DNA of 64,000 nucleotides from Octopus sinensis (Eukaryota): NCBI RefSeq assembly GCF_006345805.1, contig NC_043016.1, positions 124,001 through 188,000 of the forward strand, given 5' to 3'. Positions 53,221 through 64,000 of the stretch are shown here, piece after piece (the first letter of the stretch is position 1; every line of letters starts with the position of its first letter). The translations under genes were made by a program, and so were the position numbers. The notes beneath the pieces were generated by a model. That model was not told where the DNA came from and made no database searches. It saw only the letters and a program-made list of their open reading frames with translations.

Positions 53221-53879
53221 TGTAAGCATGTGGTAAGAAGCTTGCTTCCCAACCACATGGTTCCAGGTTCAGTCTCATTGTGTGGCACCTTGGGCAAGTG
53301 TTTTCTACTTTAGCTCTGTGTTGACGAAAGCCTTGTGAGTGGATTTGATAGATGGAAACTAAAAGAAGTCCATCAAGTGTGTATGTGTGTGTGTGTGTGT
53401 GTGAGTGTATTATCAATGTCACATATTTAATGTATGTTTAATGTATAATGTAGGTGGCGAGCTGGCAGATGCGTTAGCACGTCCCTTCTGTGTTTAGCCC
53501 CTTGTGGGTAGTAAAGAAACAGGTATTTCATCTGTCTTTATGTTCCGAGTTCAAATTCCGCCGAGGTTGACTTGCCTTTCATCCTTTCGGGTTGATAAAT
53601 TAAGTACCAGTTAATCACTGGGGTCGATATAATCGACTTAACCTGTTTGTCTGACCTTGTTTGTCCCCTCTGTGTTTAGCCCCTTGTGGGTAGTAAAGAA
53701 ATATATAATGTATAATGTCAAGTAAACAGTTTACTCTGAGTAAACTGTTATTTTCCCAACCATAATTGAGTATTTCATTCAATATGTACGTCCCTTTAAA
53801 GACACAAGATGTTCAGGCTAAATTCTGTGATTTTTATGGGTCCCTTTTTATCAGGAACAACTCGATATATTGGTAAACA

Positions 53880-54300
53880 GTCAGTGGTAAGTAACTTGCT
53901 TACCAGCCACATGGTTCTGGGTTCAGTTCCACTGCGTGGCACCTTGGGCAAGTGTCTTATGCCATAGCCTCGGGCCGACCAAAGCCTTGTGAGTGGATTC
54001 GGTAGATGGAAACTGAAAGAAGCCCATCGTGTGTATATGTGTATATGTATATATATGTGTGTGTGTTTGTGTGTCTGTGTTTGTTCCCACCCCAACATTG
54101 CTTGACAACCGATGCTGATGTGTTTACGTCTCCATAACTTAGCGGTTCGGCAAAACAGACCGATAGAATAAGTACTAAGGCTTACAAAGAATAAGTCCTG
54201 GTCATCGATTTACTCAACTAAAGGTGGTGCTCCAACATGGCTGCAGTCAAATGACTGAAACAAGTAAAAGAGTAAAAGAGAGAGAGAAAGAGTAAAGAGA
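53880..54300 (+). mobile_element. SINE family A
   Basis: Head, short internal microsatellite, tail. Confidence 0.88.
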
Positions 54301-54473
54301 GTGTTGGAGAGCATAAAGATGAATGCTGTTGTTGAGAAAAAAATTTAGTTGATATGGAGGGCTGGAAGCTGTTTGAATATTGGAAACGAGTTACCTGTAT
54401 CATGATGATTCATGCTAGATTTCAAAATGCCGACTTTATGACTACTGCTCAATGTTTTATGAACACTGTAAAG

Positions 54474-54768
54474 CAGTATTTCCCAAACTTATTGGGGCCA
54501 CTGCCCTCTTGGCAACCAGGCTACGTTCCTAACGATCCCTCCCAACTACCTCACCACCACAAACGTAGACTACTTTTTACAGCAAATTCAAAACAACTGT
54601 ATCTCACAAATAAATCTCAACCTAATTAACCCATTATTTTGGGGTTTTTTTTATACATTCAGCACCCTTTTTTGGCCACCCCATTATCACTCATCTTTTC
54701 TCCAATGTCCCCTCTCAGATCTCCCCCCCCCAACCAGGGGGCAGTACCATCCACTTTGGGAACCACTG
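54474..54768. mobile_element. hAT-type MITE with 8-bp TSD
   Basis: Imperfect TIRs CAGTATTTCCCAAACT / ACTTTGGGAACCACTG; CTGTAAAG at 54466-54473 and 54769-54776. Confidence 0.85.
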
Positions 54769-54904
54769 CTGTAAAGAATGAATATACTATGTGGACTATG
54801 AATATACTATGAATATACTGTGGACAGCGCAATGGAGACTATGAAGCTATGACCAGCAAAAAGGGATACAGCAGTCATTATGATTGCATCCATATGCTCA
54901 TGGA

Positions 54905-55200
54905 TGCACATGGCCTAGTGGTTAGAGCAGCAGACTCGCAGTCGAGGGATCGCGGGTTCGAACCTCAGACCGTGCAATGTGTGTGTTTATGAACGAAACA
55001 CCTAAGCTGCATGTGGCTCCGGCAGAAGTTAATGGCGAACTTCTGCTGACACTTTCACCATAACTTTCTCTCACTCTTTCCTCTTGCATCTTGCAGCTCA
55101 CCTGCAACGGGCCGGCGTCCCATCCAGGTGGGGAACCTATACACCAAGGAAACCGGGAAACCGGCCCTTATGAGCCAGGCATGGCTCAAGAAGGAACAAA
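54905..55200 (+). mobile_element. tRNA-derived SINE family C, tail type 3
   Basis: GGCCTAGTGGTTAGAGCAGCAGACTCGC...GGGTTCGAACC head; tail ends AAGAAGGAACAAACA. Confidence 0.8.
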
Positions 55201-55259
55201 CATCCATATGCTTGAATTCAAGCAACAGCTGAAGAACAGAGACTTAGTCTCAATTCAGA

Positions 55260-56330
55260 CAGTTATATGAAACTGTTGGAGACTAAAATCAAACCCTAGC
55301 TGGAAAAGGTTGCTGCTTGAAAGCCATATGTATGGCAGCAGGATTGGACTCTTTGCCATCCCTCCAGAAAGTGTCAAGTGGTTTTAGGAGAATTTCTATG
55401 ACTTCACCTGCCCCAATTTCTGGTCTCCTAATTCCCCAAATTTTAATCCTATTAATTACAATGTGTGAGCGGCAGCTGGGAAAGATACCAACTGTTCTGC
55501 CTGCAACACTATGGCCGGGCTAGGCTGGGCTGGGCTGAGCTGAGCTGGGCTGGGCTGAGCTGGGCTGGGCTAGGCTGGGCTGGGCTGGGCTGAGCTGAGC
55601 TGGGCTGAGCTGGGCTGGGCTGGGCTGAGCTGGGCTGGGTTGAACTGAGCTGGGCTGAGCTGAGCTGAGCTGGGCTGAGCTGGGCTGGGCTGGGCTGAGC
55701 TGGGCTGGGCTGAGCTGAGCTGGGCTGAGCTGAGCTGGGCTGGGCTGAGCTGAGCTGGGCTGAGCTGGGCTGGGCTGGTCTGAGCTGGGCTGGGCTGGGC
55801 TGGGCTGGGCTGGGCTGGGCTGAGCTGAGCTGGGCTGAGCTGAGCTGAGCTGGGCTGAGCTGAGCTGGGCTGAGCTGAGCTGGGCTGAGCTGGGCTGGGC
55901 TGGGCTGGGCTGAGCTGGGCTGGGCTGAGCTGAGCTGGGCTGAGCTGAGCTGGGCTGAGCTGGGCTGGGCTGGGCTGAGCTGAGCTGGGCTGAGCTGGGC
56001 TGGCTGGGCTGGGCTGGGCTGGGCTGGCTGGCTGAGCTGAGCTGGGCTGAGCTGGGCTGAGCTGGGCTGGGCTGGGATGGGCTGGGATGGGCTGGGCTGG
56101 GCTGGTGGCCAAGATCATAGAGGTGTTCAAAGATCTTCTCAGTGACACAGTGAGGAATGCATGCACCAGGTTCCAGAGCCATCTTGAGGCTGTGGTGGAA
56201 ACTGAGGGCAGCTACTCTGAGTAAACTATTATTTCCCAACCATAATCTAGTTGGTATTTTTTGATTTTTTACGATACTTTTATTTTTGGATGGGATATTG
56301 TTTTCTTTTCCTTTTATGCAAAGTGTCAAA
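55260..56330 (+). mobile_element. Tc1/mariner-superfamily (maT/DD37D-like) transposase remnant, split by pentamer array
   Basis: PYVWQQD..FWSPNSPNFNPINYNV*..NTMA [array] LVAKIIEVF..RNACTRFQSHLEAVVETEGSYSE* (56224). Confidence 0.8.
55517..56103 (+). repeat. (GAGCT/GGGCT)n pentamer array
   Basis: 587 bp, ~117 pentamers. Confidence 0.97.
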
Positions 56331-57282
56331 TTTAACCCAAACAACTTTTAGTGAGCTTAAAGCCCACTAATTTGATAAAATATCTGGTAATCTTTCGATA
56401 GCTGTAAGAGTTAAACCAATGAAAGACAACCACAATTCGTGTGAGTTTTTGAGGCCTTCGTGAACATGGTATGTTTATTCTGATCCGGGAGGAGAGCATT
56501 CGTACATAGCTTGAACATTTAACATTTTACAGAACAGAATGAAGTTGAACAAAAAAGGGTTTTCGTCTTGCCACCTTCCATGACTGGTAAAGAGGATTCC
56601 ACTCGATTCAAATCGGAGCGGGTAGTCTAGTTGCAGAGAGTGAGACAAAGCAGTTAGCAGCAAAAAAGGCTGCTCCCCTCTCTGGTCATCTTTTTATCCC
56701 CTTTTCACGAGCGCCACCTCGTTGTTAATGATGTGACCTGGGGAGATAACTCCAGATGACCCACGGTCGGGCATGGATTTAACTACAGTTGGCTACAAAC
56801 TTGTAAAGAGTTAAAAAAAACACAGTGAATTTCAAAGCCAGTTGAAAAACAAATTGTCTCAGAGGTGAACAAGAATGACAAATATATCAATGTTTCACAG
56901 ATATATCAGCTCATCTGTATCTTATACTTGATCCACTTTGAATTGAATTTGAATTGCTAATTTGATCTATATACAACATTGATGAGTAGAAATAAATAAT
57001 GAACTATTGGTATCTGGTGTTCTTGTTTACTTCTGGCATGATTCAGTCCACCCGGCTTTGAAATTTACTATGTATTTTTTTTATCAATCAACATCTTAAA
57101 GAGATTTTCCCGAGGCAGTGAACTGCAGCTTTGTTGTGTTTAATAACACACATACATTAGGTATGTGATATTGCTTAGGTTTACATCATAGAGCTGTTCT
57201 TAATACCGTATGTGAATATATATATATATATAGATGATGATGATGATGATGGTGATATATATACATACATACATGCATATAT

Positions 57283-57555
57283 CATCATCATCATCGTTTA
57301 ACGTCTGCTTTCCATGCTAGCATGGGTTGGACGATTTTGACTGAGGGCTGGCGAACCAGACGGCTGCACCAGGTTCCAATCTTGATCTGACAGAGTTTCT
57401 ACAGCTGGATGCCCTTCCTAACACCAACCACTCCGAGAGTGTAGGGTGCTTTTTACGTGCCACCGGCACGGGGCCAGTCAGGCAGTACTGGGAATGACCT
57501 CGCCCGAATCTTTTTACACGTGCCACCGGCACAGGTGCCAGTAAGGCGACGTTGC
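57283..57555 (-). mobile_element. SINE family D
   Basis: Reverse complement of 35272-35595. Confidence 0.8.
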
Positions 57556-57669
57556 ATACATATATATATATACATGCATACATATATATATATATATATA
57601 TATGCATATACATATACATATATACATTTACACAACATGTGCGTGCATGCACACACACACACACACGCA

Positions 57670-58650
57670 CACAATGACATAATAGATGTCATCAAACATT
57701 CCACATTGAAAATCTTTGCACATGATTGCAAACTCCAGAAAGCCATAAACGGCATGGGAGACCGAACATGCCTTCAGTCAGATCTGTTTGCTGTTGTCCA
57801 AGGGGCAGAAAAAAACCAATATGCTTTTAAATAAGGATAAGTTTGATTTGATCCACTTCAGGAAAGAGGAAACTCTCAAATTACCATATGCTCTTCCCTT
57901 GGGCGACTCCCTAGTCTCACCCAGCAACATCAGAGACCTTGGAGTAATTGTTGATAACAATCTAAGCTGGAGTTCCCACGTAAACAGCAAGGTTGACTTG
58001 TCCCGCAAGATGTGCACCTGGATTCTTAGAACTTTCCGGTCTAGAGATGCCTACACCATCATCCTTCTCTACTTTTGCCCGACCCCACCTTGCGTACTGT
58101 TGCCCATTGTGATCCCCCCATATGAAGCAACTCATTATGAAAGTAAAAGCATTCCAGGGGCCAATAACAAGAAAGATACATGGCATAAGAGGCACTGACT
58201 ATAGGGGTCGACTAAAAAAACTCAATCACTACTCTCTCCAACGCCGCTGGGAGTGCTACATCATTATGTGAAAAATATTCCATCGATATTGCACAAATGA
58301 TGTTGGCATCAATTTTAAAATCCATCTAACACTTGGCCTCTATGCTCTCCGCTCACTAGAAAAATCAAACTCGGTACACATAGCAACATTACATCACAAT
58401 TACTTTACCTCAACCGATCTAGCTCTCTTTAATACCATACCAAAATACGTCAAAATGGAAACAGGTCCCATAAAATTCAAATGTTCACTGGACAAATTTC
58501 TTCAAAAAATCCTGGACTAACTTCCTACACCCGGATATGTCTCCAACAATGGTGCCCCATATATGACTGAAAGACTCCAGCAGGTGGTGCTATTAAGTTA
58601 GACATGGCCTGGGCCTATACTGGCTGAAACCTATCAAAATTATCAAAGTT
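57670..58650 (+). mobile_element. CR1/L2-group LINE RT C-terminus, degenerate
   Basis: KIFAHDCKL (FADD-like), DLGVIVDNNLSWSSHV, WILRTFRSR, YSLQRR. Confidence 0.85.
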
Positions 58651-58674
58651 GTGTATATATATATATATATCATC

Positions 58675-58835
58675 ATCATCATCATCATCGTTTAACGTCC
58701 GCTTTCCATGCTAGCATGGGTTGGACGGTTCAACTGGGGTCTGGCAAGCCCGAAGGCTGCACCAGGCCAGTCAGATCTGGCAGTGTTTCTACAGCTGGAT
58801 GCCCTTCCTAACGCCAACCACTCCGAGAGTGTAGT
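58675..58835 (-). mobile_element. SINE family D (3' half)
   Basis: Reverse-complement family D tail with (ATC)n. Confidence 0.8.
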
Positions 58836-58837
58836 AA

Positions 58838-58872
<35 letters not shown>

Positions 58873-58966
58873 TACATAATATTTTTCATAAACAAACCTG
58901 AGAATAAATATTATTATATATTATTATACACCTATACATATATATTATATATATATATGTATAGGT

Positions 58967-59379
58967 GCAGGAGTGGCTGTGTGGTAAGTAGCTTGCTAAC
59001 CAACCACATGGTTACGGGTTCAGTCCCACTGCGTGGCATCTTGGGCAAGTGTCTTCTGCTATAGCCCCGGGCTGACCAATGACTTGTGAGTAGATTTGAT
59101 AGACCGAAACTGAAAGAAGCCCGTCGTATATATGTATGTATATATATATGTGTGTGTATGTGTTTGTGTGTCTGTGTTTGTCCCCCTAGTATTGCTTGAC
59201 AACCGGTGCTGGTGTGTTTATATCCCCGTCACTTAGCAGTTCGGCAAAAGAGACCGAAAGAATAAGTACTGGGCTTACAAAGAAGAAGTCCCGGGGTCGA
59301 TTTGCTCGACTAAAGGCAGTGCTCCAGCATGGCCACAGTCAAATGACTGAAACAAGTAAAAGAGTAAAGAGTAAAAGAG

Positions 59380-59380
<1 letters not shown>
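58967..59380 (+). mobile_element. SINE family A, near-complete
   Basis: GCAGGAGTGGCTGTGTGGTAAG head through GAAACAAGTAAAAGAG tail. Confidence 0.9.
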
Positions 59381-59411
<31 letters not shown>

Positions 59412-60042
59412 TATATATGCATAAATATACACATGCACACACACACACACATATACCCCCCCCCCCTAAATTAGATGGATAAAGTAAGTACCAGGCTGAA
59501 GGAAACAAAAGGTACTGGCTTGATTCATTTGATTAAAACCCTTCAAGGTGGTGCATCAGCATGGTCCATAGACAACGGTTGAGACAGGTAAAAGAGAAAG
59601 GTAAAAATAAGTATAGCACATTTTGAGATTGAACCTGTGGTGTCCTGCTTGCAAAGGACACATGCAAAAATATGCACACACATACATGTAAACACACTTG
59701 CACACACACATACCATCCATAGACACACACACACACAAATATACCCCACCCCACCCACACAAATCTGATATATATATATATGTATATAAGTTTAACAATT
59801 AAGGATAATCTCTTAATAAGGATCTTAACAAGAAATTATCAGGTAGCTAGCGTGAAAACCTCATAAAAGAAAAGAATCCGAAAATAATTTTTTCTTCGAA
59901 CAAATTAATTATATCTATATTGTTATAGAGGGGCAATTATTACAATAAATGCCACACTAGGAGGGACAGAGTCATTACTACCAAAATTATACTAATCATA
60001 CCCAAATGCAGTTTTTCAAAGCAAGACATTAAAATGAATTAT

Positions 60043-60096
60043 GTTCTGTATCACCGTGATTTCACATACAACTTGCGTCTAATGATCGTCAGCAGA
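60043..60096 (-). ncRNA. Type I hammerhead motif, unit 1 (2-nt loss in helix I)
   Basis: Core as in unit 2; 5' strand of helix I shortened. Confidence 0.6.
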
Positions 60097-60505
60097 TGAT
60101 TCTGAATACATCATAAATAAACTAACCTTACGGCGAAGACGAACAGACAAGCTCTCTCCGGCCAAGCACATGGAATGTTATAAATCATACTACCGGTAAA
60201 TGGCGGGCTTTTTACGAACTGCATGTCGGGTAATGAAAAGTATTTCGGAATAAGTTTAACAATTAAGGAAATCTCTTAATAAGGGATCTTAACAAGAAAT
60301 TATCAGGTAGCTAGCGTGAAAACCTCATAAAAGAAAAGAATCCGAAAATAATTTTTTCTTCTGAACAAATTAATTATTCTATATTGTATAGAGGGCATTA
60401 TTACATAAATGCCTCACACTAGGAGGGACAGAGTCATTACTACCAAAATTATACTAATCATACCCAAATGCAGTTTTTCAAGCAAGACATTTAAAAATGA
60501 ATTAT

Positions 60506-60561
60506 GTTCTGTATCACCGTGATTTCACATACAACTTGCGTCTAATGATCGTCAGCAGAAC
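60506..60561 (-). ncRNA. Type I hammerhead motif, unit 2 (intact)
   Basis: Minus: GTTCTG-CTGACGA-TCATTAGAC GCAA GTTGTATGT-GAAA-TCACGGTGA-TA-CAGAAC; 6-bp helix I, GNRA-capped helix II, near-palindromic helix III, AUA triplet. Confidence 0.78.
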
Positions 60562-60975
60562 TGATTCTGAATACATCATAAATAAACTAACCTTACGTAG
60601 CGAAGACGAACAGACAACTGCTCTCTCCGGCCAAGCACATGGAATGTTTATAAATCATATATCCGGTAATGGCGGGCTTTTTACGAACTGCATGTCGGGT
60701 AATGAAAGTATTTCGGAATAAGTTTAACAATTAAGGATAATCTCTTAATAAGGATCTAACAAGAAATTATCAGGTAGCTAGCGTGAAAACCTCATAAAAG
60801 AAAAGAATCCGAAAATAATTTTTTTCTCTGAACAAATTAATTATATCTATATTGTATAGAGGGCATTATTAACATAAATGCCTCACACTAGGAGGGACAG
60901 AGTCATTACTACCAAAATTATACTAATCAACCCAAATGCAGTTTTTCAAAGCAAGACATTTAAATGATGAATTAT

Positions 60976-61029
60976 GTCTGCTCACCGTGATTTCACATAC
61001 AACTTGCGTCTAATGATCGTCAGCAGAAC
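60976..61029 (-). ncRNA. Type I hammerhead motif, unit 3 (cleavage site altered)
   Basis: Core and helix II intact; plus strand GTCTGCTCACC instead of GTTCTGTATCACC. Confidence 0.5.
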
Positions 61030-61439
61030 TGATTCTGAATACATCATAAATAAACTAACCTTACGTAGCGAAGACGAACAGACAACTGCTCTCTCCGGCC
61101 AAGCACATGGAATGTTATAAATCATATATCCGGAAATGGCGGGCTTTTTACGAACTGCATGTCGGGTATGAAAAGTATTCGGAATAAGTTTAACAATTAA
61201 GGATAATCTCTTAATAAGGGATCTTAACAGAAATTATCAGGTAGCTAGCGTGAAAACCTCATAAAAGAAAAGAATCCGAAAAATTTTTTCTTCTGAACAA
61301 ATTAATTATATCTATATGTATAGAGGCATTATTACACATAAATGCCTCACACTAGGAGGGACAGAGTCATTACTACCAAAATTATACTAATCATACCCAA
61401 ATGCAGTTTTTCAAAGCAAGACATTTAAAAATGAATTAT

Positions 61440-61495
61440 GTTCTGTATCACCGTGATTTCACATACAACTTGCGTCTAATGATCGTCAGCAGAAC
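61440..61495 (-). ncRNA. Type I hammerhead motif, unit 4 (intact)
   Basis: Same 56-nt motif as unit 2. Confidence 0.78.
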
Positions 61496-61864
61496 TGATT
61501 CTGAATACATCATAAATAAACTAACCTACGTAGCGAAGACGAACAGACACTGCTCTCTCCGCCAAGCACATGGAATGTTTATAAATCATATATCCGGTAA
61601 ATGGCGGGCTTTTTGATGAACCGAACTGCATGTCGGGTAATGAAAAGTTATTTCGGAATAAGTTTAACAATTAAGGATAATCTCTTAATAAGGGATCTTA
61701 ACAAGAAATTATCAGGTAGCTAGCGTGAAAACTCCAAAGAAAAGAATCCGAAAATATTTTTTTCTTCTGAACAAATTAATTATATCTATATTGTATAGAG
61801 GGCATTATTACACATAAATATATTATATATTACACATTATTACACATAAATATATGTATATATA

Positions 61865-62170
61865 TATTTCGTTTTGGATTTGGTTTGCAAATTCTTTATA
61901 TGAGTTCATGTGTTGAAGCATATTCTGTTGTGTCTGGGGAGAGCCATTTTCTTTTGTGCCTTATAATGGAACACATCACCGGTAAAATTTCCACTTATTC
62001 CTTATTTTTATTTCCTAAAACTCTCTAGAGTCAAGACTATTGAAAAGGTTGTAAGATGCAATGAAAATTTTAGGAAAATAAAAATAAGGAATAAGTGGAA
62101 ATTTTACCGGTGGCTGTTACATTATAAGGCACAAAAAGAAATGACTGACTCTCCAGACACAACAGAGTAG
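61865..62170. repeat. Two inverted copies of the 48262 repeat (foldback, ~100-bp arms)
   Basis: Arms 61925-62021 and 62065-62166 are reverse complements with a few mismatches. Confidence 0.8.
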
Positions 62171-62208
62171 AATATATAATTATATATATATACATAATAT
62201 ATATATAT

Positions 62209-62248
<40 letters not shown>

Positions 62249-62399
62249 TGCAGCACGGAATTTTGTCAGTGAACAGGTCGCAGATTTTAGCGACGAAAAT
62301 ATTTTGAGAAATTAAACTTAAATGTTGAAGTGAATCGAACGGCTTTTGTGTGTTTCTTAAATGGCTTATAAACACCTTCCATGCTGCAATTGTATATAT

Positions 62400-62436
<37 letters not shown>

Positions 62437-63790
62437 GCATATATATGTATATATGTGTATATATGTATATATATAATATATTATATATATTATATATATA
62501 TATATATAATATATATATATATATTAAAACACACACTTTGCAGACACTTGGCCATTAAAATGTAGAAAGAAAGAAACAAATGCATGCACACACACACACA
62601 CACACACGCACACACACACACATACATACACACAAGCATATACTGACACACGCATACACATGCAGTGCAGTATACATGCAAAGATATGTAGAGCACACCA
62701 TCATCATCATCATCATCATCATAATCATCGTCTTTCAATATGGTTGAGCAAATCAATCAATCATTACCAGACAGGATTTACAATGCGGGTTTTACCATTC
62801 ATCCTTTTGATGGCTAAATACAAATCATAGCTCACGAGACCTCCATTCTGATGATTTTTCCTGAGTCACCATCTCACCCTTATAACTTTCTTTCATTCTG
62901 TTGATCTTTTCCACTTCAAAGGTAATCATTTCCTTTTCATTTCTTTCTTCTCTTCTTCATCTTTTTTTTTCTCCTTATTTACTTTCCTCCTTCTTTTTTA
63001 ATGGTTAAACACACAGACATTTAGCTATATACAATATTTAGCACCCACAGAATCAATCCGACATGTACCCGACATTATACATAACACATACACAGATGCA
63101 TAATATTGGTTTCCAATTTCGGCACAAGGCCAGCAATTCTGGGGGTGGGGGATAAGTCGGTTACATTCATCCCAGTAATGAACTAGTGCATATTTTATTG
63201 ACCCAGGGAGGATGAAAGACTAAGTCACCATTGGTAGAATTTGAACTCAGAACGTAAAGGCAGATGAAATGCTGCTTAACATTTTGCACTGCATGACTTT
63301 CCTGAGTTCTTCCACCCTTTGATGGGTCTTTCCTTTTGTCCCATCGGGTGGCCAGCAATCACCCTCCTCACCAAGCAAGCTTGATGGGGTTGCCAGGTTA
63401 GTCACTGATGATCCAATAATGTAACGGGTTGTTGTGGGTTACATGCTACCCGTAGCACCCAAGAGCGACCTGATAACACACATGTATATATACATACATT
63501 CATATGAATATACAAGCACATGTTAACACAAGTTCATGTGTTTATATATAAAATCACACATGTAGCATATGGACATACACACACACACATGCACATACTT
63601 GCAAACACATACACAATATGCTCACAAACACTTGCAGACATACAGACACATGCACGCACATGCAGGTGCAACAGACACATAGACACACAGTTACATGCAT
63701 ATATACAACACATACACAAGCTTGTATACATACATTCAATACTCACACATAAATTTGCAAATGTACATGCACACATACACCTGCACACAA

Positions 63791-63823
<33 letters not shown>

Positions 63824-64000
63824 ATACACACACTTGCACATGCAAACACTTGCACAGACACACATGATGCACATGCACTCATTCACACACATGCACAACA
63901 GATATACACATACATGCACACATATATACAATACTTACAAATGCATGCATACATACCTGTGATACACACCTAAACACACACACACACCTACATATACATC

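Larger units (their letters stand above)
59787..61820. repeat. Tandem array of a ~467-bp unit (4 full + 1 partial), flanked by TA-rich tracts
   Basis: TAAGTTTAACAATTAAGG recurs at 59787, 60251, 60719, 61185, 61659; units differ mostly by 1-2-nt indels. Confidence 0.97.

Noticed and set aside
55520-56344. 274-aa and 198-aa SPAQ/PAQL-repeat ORFs
   Set aside because: Antisense reading of the pentamer array; the real coding remnant is the plus-strand transposase.
59787-61820. Short repeated ORFs (MNYVLYHRDF...) and a CRISPR-like interpretation
   Set aside because: Frames break between units, no homology recognised, and there are no unique spacers.

Overview
AT-rich, gene-poor, repeat-saturated eukaryotic DNA with one 100-N scaffold gap. 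From recall, not a database search, the SINE families and microsatellite load resemble an octopod cephalopod (Octopus-like) genome. No host gene can be supported; almost all listed ORFs are microsatellite or antisense artefacts. The window is a transposon graveyard: a nest of R4/Dong-like RLE non-LTR elements in (AAT)n tracts (0.4-6.2 kb, 49.9-51.4 kb), a 4.5-kb Tx1/L1-clade LINE plus a second 3' stub in (GATA)n tracts (36.9-41.75 kb), CR1- and RTE-like fragments, mariner, maT-like and hAT remnants, MITEs/foldbacks, non-autonomous Helitrons, and about five tRNA-type SINE families, some multimeric. The top finding is a ~467-bp tandem array (59787-61820, ~4.3 units) whose four complete units each carry a type I hammerhead ribozyme motif on the minus strand, the architecture of a non-LTR retrozyme (circular-RNA-producing retroelement) or a Penelope pseudo-LTR multimer. 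Two more hammerhead motifs lie at 33740 and 35641. Also notable are a 587-bp GAGCT/GGGCT array resembling an Ig switch region inside a transposase remnant, a 266-bp near-perfect foldback, and a 16-bp minisatellite with higher-order structure.
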